A DNA stretch of 52,111 nucleotides from Thermodesulfovibrionales bacterium. GTDB lineage: Bacteria > Nitrospirota > Thermodesulfovibrionia > Thermodesulfovibrionales > SM23-35. This document shows positions 7,726 to 15,601 of this stretch, piece after piece. The notes below the pieces were generated by a model. It was not told the DNA's origin, searched no databases, and saw only the letters and a program-made list of their open reading frames with translations. Position numbers and translations under genes: made by a program. The stretch spans positions 1 to 52,111 of the forward strand of contig JALHSV010000264.1 of NCBI GenBank assembly GCA_022865525.1, written 5' to 3'. Numbering within the stretch: position 1 is the first letter of the stretch; every line of letters starts with the position of its first letter.

Positions 7726-7902
7726 ATGAAACTTATTAAAATAGAAAGTGCTAAACATCCGGGGGATATATTTCTCAAAATCGTGGGAACTAAAGCATTT
7801 CTCGGTAAAATATATGCAAGTGAAAACGCTGAACTTTACGCAGATATGATAATAAAAACGATGAAAGAACTTAAACAAGAACAAGAAAGGAAACAAGTAT
7901 GA
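7726..7902 (+). CDS. hypothetical protein (58 aa; not in the ORF track)
   Basis: ATG at 7726, 2 nt after the previous stop. Reads MKLIKIESAKHPGDIFLKIVG...ERKQV. Its stop overlaps the next start. Confidence 0.5.
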   Translation: MKLIKIESAKHPGDIFLKIVGTKAFLGKIYASENAELYADMIIKTMKELKQEQERKQV

Positions 7903-8270
7903 GAAGTTGGGACAAGTACAAAAACACGACGTTTATCCAAAAAAGTGATGTAGAAAGAGGTGCATTAGTAACAATCGACAGAGTTACCGAGGAAAATGTG
8001 GCACCCGATTCTCAACCCGAAGAAATAAAGTATGTAATACACTTCAAAGAGGACTACAAGCCGTGGTCGCCGGGCATTACAACTTTGGATATTATCGGTC
8101 AAATTGCAGGCATTGGTGATGTGGATAAATGGCCGGGAACGAAGCTCGTGCTATATCTTGACCAGAATGTTGCTTATAAGGGCAAAATTACCGGCGGTAT
8201 TCGCTGTCGAGCGCCTAAAGGCCAGCCGGAAGCCGAACCGGAAATAACAGATGACGATATTGGGTTCTAA
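7899..8270 (+). CDS. hypothetical protein (123 aa)
   Basis: Coupled start, coherent + strand packing. Confidence 0.6.
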   Translation: MRSWDKYKNTTFIQKSDVERGALVTIDRVTEENVAPDSQPEEIKYVIHFKEDYKPWSPGITTLDIIGQIAGIGDVDKWPGTKLVLYLDQNVAYKGKITGGIRCRAPKGQPEAEPEITDDDIGF

Positions 8271-8281
8271 GGAGAGAACAA

Positions 8282-8761
8282 ATGCGAAAAATGCCTTTTT
8301 ACACAGCGATTAAAGCCGGAATACTTCGATGGAAAGCCAAGAAGGTATTTGACGCGTGGTGTCTAATGCAGGAGGACGGTGACTACACGATGTGGATGGA
8401 AAAGACAATCTGCCCGAAAACTAACGAGCAACTCGGATACTTTCACGCAGTCATCGTCCCTACTGCATTTAACCAGATTAAGGAATTTGCCGGTGAAGGC
8501 GAATGGGTTGACGGCAAGAAGCGTTTCCCGACCATCGGTTTTATGGTCAAGGATAAATACAAAGAGATTCCGATGACCGAAGAAGTAGTCGTGAGCCTGC
8601 TCAAGCAGGTCTGGGCAACCAATAATGGATGTGAAGTTAAGTCAAAGGCCGATATGAGTATTGAGGAATGCTCAGACCTGATAGAAATATCAAAACAATG
8701 GTGCGAGCGATATTTGGGCTGTAAATTCCCGAAGCTGGAAGAAAAGGAGACTAACCAATGA
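8282..8761 (+). CDS. NinB/Orf-like recombination mediator (weak)
   Basis: 159 aa. TNEQLGYFHAVI... and C-terminal KSKADMSIEECSDLIEISKQW resemble the lambda Orf RSxDQN...STSxM..EF..L pattern. By eye only. Confidence 0.4.
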   Translation: MRKMPFYTAIKAGILRWKAKKVFDAWCLMQEDGDYTMWMEKTICPKTNEQLGYFHAVIVPTAFNQIKEFAGEGEWVDGKKRFPTIGFMVKDKYKEIPMTEEVVVSLLKQVWATNNGCEVKSKADMSIEECSDLIEISKQWCERYLGCKFPKLEEKETNQ

Positions 8762-8928
8762 GCAAGATGGATGATTTAGTACAGCAAATAGCCGACCTCC
8801 AGGCCGAGAATAAGCGGTTGAAAGAAGAAATGAACCAATTAATAGATGTTGCTATGAAAATTCGCAGAGAAGTTATTGCTCAAACGGATAGAATAATTAG
8901 CAGGCCAAACGAGTCTATGTATCGCTAA
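8758..8928 (+). CDS. small coiled-coil protein (56 aa; not in the ORF track)
   Basis: ATGA coupling at 8758. Reads MSKMDDLVQQIADLQAENKRLKEEMNQL... Confidence 0.5.
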   Translation: MSKMDDLVQQIADLQAENKRLKEEMNQLIDVAMKIRREVIAQTDRIISRPNESMYR

Positions 8929-8945
8929 AGTGCTAAAGGAGTTTA

Positions 8946-9260
8946 ATGAACAAATACACCAGCACCGCCGACCTGCTGAGAGACCGGTTAGCCAAGACTA
9001 AAGTGTGTTCCGGCTGCTCACGTCTCCTGCCGAAATCGGACTTCCAGCACGGGCAGAGCCGCTGCAAACTATGCCAGAACAACAGCACTCCGTCCTGCGG
9101 CTGCGGCTGTGGGCGGCATCCAGAGACCTTCTACGAACTATACGTTGTAAGGGTGGACAGCAGGCACGAGGATAGTGGGAGCTACTGGTGCAGTCAGGAG
9201 ATGTTCGACAAAGTCAATGGCATAAAAAGGATTTATAAATATCAAGGAGTAGAAAAATGA
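8946..9260 (+). CDS. Cys-rich protein (104 aa)
   Basis: CSGCS, CKLCQ and CGCGCG motifs. SD AAAGGAG. Confidence 0.6.
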   Translation: MNKYTSTADLLRDRLAKTKVCSGCSRLLPKSDFQHGQSRCKLCQNNSTPSCGCGCGRHPETFYELYVVRVDSRHEDSGSYWCSQEMFDKVNGIKRIYKYQGVEK

Positions 9261-9427
9261 AACGAGAAGTACCTATAAAGTATCAAGGATTGTATGATAG
9301 ACGAGCCAAGAGCCGAAAGGCTGCAATCCGCAGCCAGTGTTTAGAGTGTGTTGGTTACGCTATAATCGAAGTTAAGCTCTGTACGGATATTGGTTGCCCT
9401 TTGTACCGTTATCGCATTACAGGATGA
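9257..9427 (+). CDS. small Cys-rich protein (56 aa; not in the ORF track)
   Basis: ATGA coupling. Reads MKREVPIKYQGLYDRRAKSRKAAIRSQCLECVGY...CTDIGCPLYRYR. Confidence 0.5.
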   Translation: MKREVPIKYQGLYDRRAKSRKAAIRSQCLECVGYAIIEVKLCTDIGCPLYRYRITG

Positions 9428-9462
9428 TTTAGCCCCGATAAAGCGGGGTAAAGGAGTATCTA

Positions 9463-9876
9463 ATGGCTAAGACTGCTAAAAAGACTGCGTGGGAATGGTG
9501 TTCAAAGTATATCAGGCTCAGGGACGCCATTGAATATCAAGAGAAACATCCGGACGTACCATTTGGCTATGTCCAGTGCTGTACCTGTAACCACATTATC
9601 GAGTACAATCGAAATTGCGATGCGGGGCATTATATCTCAAAGGGCAGCGGTGGGGGCAGTGGCGTATATTTCGACGAGAGAAATATCCACGCCCAATGTA
9701 AATCCTGTAATGGCTTTCATCAGGGCAGGCAAGTGGTCTATCACCAGTTTATGCTCGAAAAGTACGGGCAGAAAGTTGTTGACGAGCTTGAATTTCTCGA
9801 CAAAAACCAGTCGTATCACGGTAAGATAGTCGGAATAGGATTGATGTATAAACAGATGTTAGAGGAACTGAAATGA
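9463..9876 (+). CDS. ninG: NinG/Rap-like recombination endonuclease
   Basis: 137 aa. WEWCSKYIRLRDA...CCTC...DAGHYISKG....FDERNIHAQCKSCN matches the lambda NinG family pattern. Confidence 0.7.
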   Translation: MAKTAKKTAWEWCSKYIRLRDAIEYQEKHPDVPFGYVQCCTCNHIIEYNRNCDAGHYISKGSGGGSGVYFDERNIHAQCKSCNGFHQGRQVVYHQFMLEKYGQKVVDELEFLDKNQSYHGKIVGIGLMYKQMLEELK

Positions 9877-10484
9877 AAATTCTGGTGGCGTGCGAATTTT
9901 CTGGAATAGTCCGGGATGCTTTTGCGGCAAGAGGCCACGATGCCTGGAGTTGTGATATACTGCCGACCGAGAGTCCCGGGCAACATATTCAAGGTGATGT
10001 GCTTGAGATACTTGGCGATGGATGGGATATGATGATAGCACACCCGCCTTGTACTTATCTGAGTTACGCAGCCGTAAGAAGTTGGGATGATAAGGGGCGT
10101 GTTTTTAAGCGACTTGAGGCTTTGAAGTTCTTTGCAGATTTATGGGAAGCGCCTATTGAGAAGATATGTATAGAAAATCCAAGAGGTTGCGCAAGTCCTA
10201 CGGTAGCAAAATTCTCACAGATGATACAACCGTACTATTTCGGGGACGATGCAGTTAAGACAACTTGGTTATGGCTAAAAAACTTACCACAGTTAATATC
10301 ATACGAGCAGGATTGTTTATTTGGGAAAAGTAAGAATCGGACACAAAAGCCGACTCCGTCATATTATAAACCTGATGGGACTCCAAGGTATTTCAACGAA
10401 GTGGCAAGTGGGAAAGACAGAGCAAAAACGAGAAGCGTATTCTGGCCTTCAATAGCAAAAGCAATGGCAGAACAATGGGGATAA
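9873..10484 (+). CDS. short DNA (cytosine-5)-methyltransferase-like protein
   Basis: 203 aa. Motif I-like ACEFSG, motif IV PPCTYLS, motif VI-like ENPRG. Too short for a classical TRD. Confidence 0.6.
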   Translation: MKILVACEFSGIVRDAFAARGHDAWSCDILPTESPGQHIQGDVLEILGDGWDMMIAHPPCTYLSYAAVRSWDDKGRVFKRLEALKFFADLWEAPIEKICIENPRGCASPTVAKFSQMIQPYYFGDDAVKTTWLWLKNLPQLISYEQDCLFGKSKNRTQKPTPSYYKPDGTPRYFNEVASGKDRAKTRSVFWPSIAKAMAEQWG

Positions 10485-10499
10485 ACTAAAGGAGTTAAA

Positions 10500-10778
10500 A
10501 TGAATGAAAAATACCTGCCAAAACGGGGCGATAAATTCACGGCCTACGTCACCAGAACTAAGAAAATCAAAGACGAGGACGGCAAGCCCTGCGATATACA
10601 GACAAGGAACGGCCCGTATTGGTGCTGTAAACGGCATACGGTAAACAACGGCAGATTCGTAGTTAGCATTGCCGCCGTTGACAGTGCCGCCGACTACCGG
10701 AAATTCCTGAAAAGCAAAGAGAATAAGGATACAACTTTCACTTTTTCAACTTCAGTGTATAGGTTTGAGCAGATATGA
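10500..10778 (+). CDS. hypothetical protein (92 aa)
   Basis: SD AAAGGAG. Stop overlaps the next start. Confidence 0.6.
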   Translation: MNEKYLPKRGDKFTAYVTRTKKIKDEDGKPCDIQTRNGPYWCCKRHTVNNGRFVVSIAAVDSAADYRKFLKSKENKDTTFTFSTSVYRFEQI

Positions 10779-11932
10779 CAGATAAATGGACAAAATGTTA
10801 CGACGATAGTTGGAAAGACCACATCGTGCCGGAGGCATTCAGTCATCCGGCGAAGATGGCTTACGGCCTATTAAAACGCATCCTCGACCACGTTAAGGGC
10901 AATGGATGGCTGGTGGACGTTATAGTTGACCCGTTCGGGGGAATCGGCTCTACGGGCATTCTGGGTGCTTACGACGGCTTTCAGGTGATATGCGTAGAGC
11001 TTGAGCAGAAATTCGTTGACCTTGCTAAACAGAACTTCGCCCTTCACGCCAACGCTTTCGAGCAGTTCGGATGTCCATATCCCGTAATCATTCAGGGCGA
11101 CAGTCGCCGACTGTCCGAAATCATCGGACGGACGGATTTAATAGTGTCGAGTCCGCCCTATGCAGAATTAGGTGCAAACACAAAAGGTCATGGAATAAAA
11201 GGCGCAAAAGGCTCAATAGGACATGGATGTAAAGCAGATAATGCCGAATATGGTCAGACTCCCGGCCAGTTAGGTTCTATGAAGGCCGGTAAGGTGGATT
11301 TGGTCATAAGCTCGCCGCCGTTTCAGGGGAGCCTAACCGATAAGCCAAGTGATTCAGTTAGGAAAATGCACGGTGCTAATATGGGAAGAAGTGCTTTAGG
11401 TGATGGTTACGGCCATACTCCCGGTAATCTCGGCAATCTCAAGGCCGGGGACGTATCGCTGATAGTGTCGAGTCCGCCGTATGAAGAAGGAATCGGACAC
11501 GGCGGAAAGCCAACGGCCATTGATAAAGAAAAAGCTCTGCATATTGCCAATTCAAAGCGTTATTCAGACGGAGACGAAAACCTGGGAAACCAAAGGGGCG
11601 ACTGCTTTTGGAAAGCGGCTCGTGAGATACTTGAGCAATGCTACCAGATACTAAGGCCGGGCGGTCACGCTATATGGGTCTGCAAGGACTTCGTGCGAAA
11701 AGGCCAGCGAGTGCCGTTCTCGGATGACTGGCTCAAATTATGCGAGGCCGTAGGCTTTAAGCTGACCTGTCGCCACAAGGCGATGCTGGTTAAAGAAGAA
11801 ACAAAAGACGACCTGTTCGGCGGCACGATAACCAAAAAGACAGAGCGTAAATCGTTCTTTAGAAGGCTTGCCGAGGCCAAAGGAAGCCCGGCGATAGACC
11901 ACGAGGACGTAATATGTGTAATAAAGAATTGA
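10775..11932 (+). CDS. amino (N6-A/N4-C type) DNA methyltransferase with triplicated SPP[YF] box
   Basis: 385 aa. AdoMet motif VDPFGGIGSTG, then LIVSSPPY, LVISSPPF and LIVSSPPY. The last two are each preceded by YG.TPG.LG..KAG. Confidence 0.75.
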   Translation: MTDKWTKCYDDSWKDHIVPEAFSHPAKMAYGLLKRILDHVKGNGWLVDVIVDPFGGIGSTGILGAYDGFQVICVELEQKFVDLAKQNFALHANAFEQFGCPYPVIIQGDSRRLSEIIGRTDLIVSSPPYAELGANTKGHGIKGAKGSIGHGCKADNAEYGQTPGQLGSMKAGKVDLVISSPPFQGSLTDKPSDSVRKMHGANMGRSALGDGYGHTPGNLGNLKAGDVSLIVSSPPYEEGIGHGGKPTAIDKEKALHIANSKRYSDGDENLGNQRGDCFWKAAREILEQCYQILRPGGHAIWVCKDFVRKGQRVPFSDDWLKLCEAVGFKLTCRHKAMLVKEETKDDLFGGTITKKTERKSFFRRLAEAKGSPAIDHEDVICVIKN

Positions 11933-11950
11933 AAGGACAGAGTAAAGATG
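11906..11950 (+). repeat. 45-bp junction repeat, copy 1
   Basis: gacgtaatatgtgtaataaagaattgaaaggacagagtaaagatg is identical to 12131-12175 at 43 of 45 positions. Confidence 0.9.
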
Positions 11951-12157
11951 TGGATATGGAAGAAAAAGCCTAAACAACGATACGTATGCCCTTGCTGTTC
12001 GAGGCCATTTTCCGATTGGTTTTGGTGGCCGGGCAAAGGTCTATATTGTTGGCCTTGCCGCAAGACCTATGATGTGATAATTACGTTAGATATGGCAAAG
12101 GCTATGGCAGGAGAAAGAATGACCTTAAATGACGTAATATGTGTAATGAAGAACTGA
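11948..12157 (+). CDS. small Cys/Trp-rich protein (69 aa) bracketed by the 45-bp repeats
   Basis: Contains CPCCSRPF...CWPC. Its C-terminus LNDVICVMKN copies the methyltransferase C-terminus EDVICVIKN. Confidence 0.6.
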   Translation: MWIWKKKPKQRYVCPCCSRPFSDWFWWPGKGLYCWPCRKTYDVIITLDMAKAMAGERMTLNDVICVMKN

Positions 12158-12175
12158 AAGGACAGAGTAAAGATG
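12131..12175 (+). repeat. 45-bp junction repeat, copy 2
   Basis: See 11906-11950. Confidence 0.9.
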
Positions 12176-12289
12176 GAATATAGAATATGGGAAATATTAA
12201 CTGAAAAGATTGACCGTTACGATGAGTATGGCTTTCCGGCCATTGACGGTGAATACGATATTAACGGATGGCCTTTGCCAATATTATGA
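12173..12289 (+). CDS. possible 38-aa ORF
   Basis: The ATG sits in the same SD context (AAAGGACAGAGTAAAGATG) as the 11948 ORF. Overlaps the next gene by 22 nt. Short, so uncertain. Confidence 0.3.
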   Translation: MEYRIWEILTEKIDRYDEYGFPAIDGEYDINGWPLPIL

Positions 12290-12735
12290 ACCTACAGGAC
12301 TTTGACATATTCTGGGAAGCCTATCCTTGCAAGAAGGGTAAATCTGAAGCCGAAAGGCACTGGCTAAGGATTAAACCTGTTTTATCCGAGGTAATGGCCG
12401 CCTTAGAGCTTCAGAAGCAGGAAAAGGTATGGCTCGAACAGCACAAGAAATTTGTCTCTGAATGGCCTCACGGCTCGACGTGGGTAAATCAGAAGCGATG
12501 GCGGGACGGATACAACAAAGACTTTGAGGACTATCTGAAAAACAAACTCTTACAACCGGCCAGAGAACAGAGGGAACGGGAAAAATACGAAATGCGTATT
12601 CGGGATGAACACCAAGAATACCTTGAAGGCAAATCAATCCAAGCCTTGCAGGACTTAAGGAAAGATGGTGGCCATCTCGCTGGTCTTTGCGGGTGGCTGA
12701 TAGACGAAGTAATAGAGGCCAAAACAGGCAAATGA
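12268..12735 (+). CDS. hypothetical protein (155 aa)
   Basis: The F.IFWEAYPCKKGK..AE..W pattern recurs in phage replication-region proteins. Function unknown. Confidence 0.55.
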   Translation: MAFANIMNLQDFDIFWEAYPCKKGKSEAERHWLRIKPVLSEVMAALELQKQEKVWLEQHKKFVSEWPHGSTWVNQKRWRDGYNKDFEDYLKNKLLQPAREQREREKYEMRIRDEHQEYLEGKSIQALQDLRKDGGHLAGLCGWLIDEVIEAKTGK

Positions 12736-12748
12736 AAGGATTGGGATT

Positions 12749-12904
12749 ATGACGGGCGAAAAATGCACATGGAAATTTAACGAGAACGCCTTTTATTGGG
12801 AAACCGCTTGCGGCAACGCTAATCAATTCATGGATGAGGGGCCAAAGGAAAACCATTATATATACTGCCCGTATTGCGGCAAGAAAATCGAGGAGACAAA
12901 ATGA
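12749..12904 (+). CDS. small zinc-ribbon protein (51 aa; not in the ORF track)
   Basis: MTGEKCTWKF...YCPYCGKKIEETK. Ends in the GGAGACAAAATGA junction. Confidence 0.5.
   Translation: MTGEKCTWKFNENAFYWETACGNANQFMDEGPKENHYIYCPYCGKKIEETK
12892..12904 (+). repeat. GGAGACAAAATGA junction, copy 1
   Basis: Identical 13-mer at 13107-13119 and 13310-13322. Each encodes ...ETK, a stop, and the SD and ATG of the next gene. Confidence 0.85.
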
Positions 12905-13119
12905 AAGAAAGAGATGCCAAAAAATTGAAAGTGGGCCAAACAGTCACCCATGACAGGTACGGCGAGTGCAAAGTTAAAGAAGTCATGATGTCTTTCGGTG
13001 TGGTAATCTCACCCACAACAGACGAAGGCAAGGCTATTTTGAAGATAGATTCCAATACTGAGATACTTGATTTCTTAGAAGATTCACCACGTCATTTAAC
13101 TGTTAAGGAGACAAAATGA
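12901..13119 (+). CDS. hypothetical protein (72 aa)
   Basis: ATG at 12901 with SD GGAGA. The track ORF starting at 12874 lacks an SD. Confidence 0.55.
   Translation: MKERDAKKLKVGQTVTHDRYGECKVKEVMMSFGVVISPTTDEGKAILKIDSNTEILDFLEDSPRHLTVKETK
13107..13119 (+). repeat. GGAGACAAAATGA junction, copy 2
   Basis: See 12892-12904. Confidence 0.85.
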
Positions 13120-13322
13120 CAGCAAAGACGCGAATAATTGAATTGCATAGATATTATAGCAAAGGACGATGTAAATTGTCAGGGAAATATTGGGCTACGG
13201 AATTTTGTTGGGATGGCTTTAAGCGGCTCAATCCTGCAATCTGCAAAGGCCTGCGTAAAGGCAAGAAGCGCATGCTCAAGCGTACACAACTTAAAAATGG
13301 ATTCAAACTGGAGACAAAATGA
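13116..13322 (+). CDS. basic small protein (68 aa)
   Basis: ATGA coupling at both ends. Confidence 0.55.
   Translation: MTAKTRIIELHRYYSKGRCKLSGKYWATEFCWDGFKRLNPAICKGLRKGKKRMLKRTQLKNGFKLETK
13310..13322 (+). repeat. GGAGACAAAATGA junction, copy 3
   Basis: See 12892-12904. Confidence 0.85.
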
Positions 13323-13882
13323 CCGAAAAAGAAAAACAGACTAAAGCAGGATTAAATAATGCGTTAAAGGCTCATTATGATAATGACTGGGCGGGAACTT
13401 TCTGGGCTATAAGTAAGGCGATAACCCTGCTCGAAGAGCCTGCCGAGAAGCCGTTTGAGCCAGAGCGCAATGAAGAATTTAAGCGAAAAGAGGGAAAACA
13501 TAAATTGGTTTACGATAAAAAGCTACGAACAATAGTAGGTTACTGTAAAACACACAAGGTATATTATCAACCAAGCGGTAATTGTTATAAGTGTTGTCCT
13601 GAGCCTGCCGAGAAGCCGGAGAGCGAGTCAAACACAGATTTTATAGATGGAGCAAGAGCACTATTACGGCAAGGAGCAGATGACCGACAATGGGCGTTTG
13701 CAACACTTCTTAGAAAAGCCTGCGACCGCCTCGAAGAACTCAAAGACAGAGAAGAACAAATTCTGGCTAAAGCGTCAGCCGCCACCAAGCGGGCAGAGCA
13801 GGCAGAGGCCAAACTCGAAGGGTTATTGAAAGAGAACTCAGAACTGCGTAAAAGGCAACGACAACCTGACCCATATTCCTGA
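13319..13882 (+). CDS. hypothetical coiled-coil protein (187 aa)
   Basis: Last gene of the + strand block before the convergent terminator region. Confidence 0.6.
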   Translation: MTEKEKQTKAGLNNALKAHYDNDWAGTFWAISKAITLLEEPAEKPFEPERNEEFKRKEGKHKLVYDKKLRTIVGYCKTHKVYYQPSGNCYKCCPEPAEKPESESNTDFIDGARALLRQGADDRQWAFATLLRKACDRLEELKDREEQILAKASAATKRAEQAEAKLEGLLKENSELRKRQRQPDPYS

Positions 13883-13936
13883 CATCGGGGAAAAGGTCGA
13901 GCAGCTATTAAGTAGTCCTTAATAACTCAAAATAAA

Positions 13937-13990
13937 GCCCGCCCAACGCTTTTAACCGACGCCAATCGGCAGGAGATACGCGGGGCGGGC
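13937..13990 (-). terminator. hairpin in the convergent gap, terminator-like for the minus-strand cassette
   Basis: GCCCGCCC (13937-13944) pairs with GGGCGGGC (13983-13990). On the minus strand it is followed by CTTTATTTT. The long loop contains an inner CCGA/TCGG hairpin. Confidence 0.45.
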
Positions 13991-13997
13991 AGGAATG

Positions 13998-14015
13998 CTA
14001 TTCTTTATTTTCGGC
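13998..14015 (-). repeat. 3'-end repeat ctattctttattttcggc, copy 1
   Basis: The same 17-18-mer occurs at 14325-14342 and 14521-14538. Confidence 0.85.
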
Positions 14016-14282
14016 CTTTGCAATAGCTTGTAGAATTGGCAAAACGGGGAATGCTTTTCCTTTTACATCCCTGAGTTTTTCTATTGCGTATTTGCACGCT
14101 GCCAAAAGCTCATTGTAGTTATTGATTTTAATGAGCTTATAACTTTCAAGTCGTCTTTCAAGCTCATTGTGGTTCACTCCAGATGTATCGTCTTCACAAA
14201 GCCCTTGCTTATTTGCTCCTGCTTCCAACATCATCTTTAATGTCTTATAGCATACATCAATACATTTTATTGTATGTTCCAT
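13998..14282 (-). CDS. small protein ending AIAKAENKE (paralog A)
   Basis: 94 aa. The C-terminus is shared with the 14521-14838 ORF. Confidence 0.6.
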   Translation of the reverse strand: MEHTIKCIDVCYKTLKMMLEAGANKQGLCEDDTSGVNHNELERRLESYKLIKINNYNELLAACKYAIEKLRDVKGKAFPVLPILQAIAKAENKE

Positions 14283-14324
14283 TTTAATATCCTCACTTTC
14301 AACTCTTATGCCCGTACAGAGCTA

Positions 14325-14342
14325 CTATTCTTTATTTTCGGC
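14325..14342 (-). repeat. 3'-end repeat, copy 2 (here just downstream of the stop codon)
   Basis: ctattctttattttcggc lies immediately 3' of the TGA of the 14345-14497 ORF. Confidence 0.85.
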
Positions 14343-14344
14343 TT

Positions 14345-14497
14345 TCAGGGCAGGTTCTCTTCGGCCTCTTCCAGTGTGTCAAACGGCCCCCAGACCTCTG
14401 TATAGCCGCTATATTCTGGCGTTGCGTCTTGGGCGTTGTCCGATGCGAATGTATCGCTTTTGCCGTTTTCGTCAATTCCTACGTAATACTTATCCAT
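14345..14497 (-). CDS. small acidic protein (50 aa; not in the ORF track)
   Basis: Reverse-strand ATG at 14497 with SD AAGGAGAATAGAA. Reads MDKYYVGIDENGKSDTFASDNAQDATPEYSGYTEVWGPFDTLEEAEENLP. Confidence 0.5.
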   Translation of the reverse strand: MDKYYVGIDENGKSDTFASDNAQDATPEYSGYTEVWGPFDTLEEAEENLP

Positions 14498-14520
14498 TTC
14501 TATTCTCCTTGTTTTACTTG

Positions 14521-14538
14521 TTATTCTTTATTTTCGGC
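14521..14538 (-). repeat. 3'-end repeat, copy 3
   Basis: ttattctttattttcggc encodes the ...KAENKE stop. Confidence 0.85.
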
Positions 14539-14838
14539 TTTGGCGATAGCCTGTTCAAACTTTGGGCCGAGTACCTTGCCCGCACCGCACCAATCAGTCT
14601 TGCTTTTCATGTAATCACTAATTAAAAGGCCATAGGCTTGTTTTACACACACCAAAAGCTCGGGCGCAGCCGCCATCAGCCGGGCGTTAGCCTCGGCTAT
14701 CTGTCTCACATTACCTTCTGGGTAATAGCTTTCAACCATCTCGGCAATAGCATGTTCTTTGTTTTGTACCATGACCTTTGATTCTGTACTATGCACATAT
14801 TTCCAGATTTTCACTTCCCATTTACCTTGTGTAATCAT
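14521..14838 (-). CDS. small protein with ANARLMAAAPELL motif, ending AIAKAENKE (paralog B)
   Basis: 105 aa. SD AAAGGAGA. The NARL.AAAPELL motif is common in small phage proteins of unknown function. Confidence 0.65.
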   Translation of the reverse strand: MITQGKWEVKIWKYVHSTESKVMVQNKEHAIAEMVESYYPEGNVRQIAEANARLMAAAPELLVCVKQAYGLLISDYMKSKTDWCGAGKVLGPKFEQAIAKAENKE

Positions 14839-14913
14839 AATAATCTCCTTTGTTTATATTTGTGCGCCAAAGCTGTATATTATACAGTAAATCTGCACAT
14901 ATTGTTAACGTTT

Positions 14914-15195
14914 CTACAAAATACTCTTTGAAATATGCGAGATTGTTTCATCTATATCATCGGGAGCATTGTAATAATGCTGGCTATAACAAATGCCGTC
15001 ATCTTCACAAAACACTCCAACCCACACATGAGAAGCCCCTTGCTTTTTATCGCCGTTTGCTATCTTGCGCGCTCTTTGAGCGGCGTCGCGGGGCTGGCAG
15101 AACATGGAATCGCAATATACAGAATAATTAAGAGGTTTTGGGCAGTGAACAGCCATACTCCATACTGAATAATTAAGTGATTTGGTCGTTTCCAT
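14914..15195 (-). CDS. Cys-rich small protein (93 aa)
   Basis: Start context AAGGAGAATGAAATG is shared with two other cassette genes. Confidence 0.6.
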   Translation of the reverse strand: METTKSLNYSVWSMAVHCPKPLNYSVYCDSMFCQPRDAAQRARKIANGDKKQGASHVWVGVFCEDDGICYSQHYYNAPDDIDETISHISKSIL

Positions 15196-15286
15196 TTCAT
15201 TCTCCTTTTAATAAATTGTTAATCGTTTCATAAAGCCCTGCCTGCCTTGCGGCGTACGCCAGGTTCACGAGCAGGGCCGGAGGATT

Positions 15287-15532
15287 TTAACTCTCATATT
15301 TGATAATCTCATCCAATAACTCTTGATTGTAAACCTCATCAAATACCATATCCTTGTCAAAACTACGACCGCCGCCGGTACAATTAAAAACAGGATAATC
15401 TTCTTCTGTTAATTCAGGGACGGCCTCTCGTATCATATCCCAGTAAGCGTAACCACTTAGGTCATAAATGGCATCATCTCCATCATTGTTGAGCATATCT
15501 TCAGCATATTCCGCCAAACTCTGTTCGGTCAT
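15287..15532 (-). CDS. highly acidic small protein (81 aa), DNA-mimic-like composition
   Basis: 22 Asp/Glu versus 4 Arg/Lys. Weak SD. The frame stays open for 24 codons upstream, back to an in-frame TAA. Confidence 0.55.
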   Translation of the reverse strand: MTEQSLAEYAEDMLNNDGDDAIYDLSGYAYWDMIREAVPELTEEDYPVFNCTGGGRSFDKDMVFDEVYNQELLDEIIKYES

Positions 15533-15601
15533 TCCTGCTTTTACGGCCTCTGCCCAATTTTCCCTGCAATAATCTTGGGCATAGTCGCCCTCCGGGTCTG
15601 T

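Noticed and set aside
14308-15168. Plus-strand ORFs 14308-14625, 14429-14614, 14850-15131 and 14935-15168
   Set aside because: They are antisense to minus-strand cassette genes that have strong conserved SD/ATG contexts. The plus-strand ORFs have no SD and Leu/Phe/Arg-rich shadow composition.
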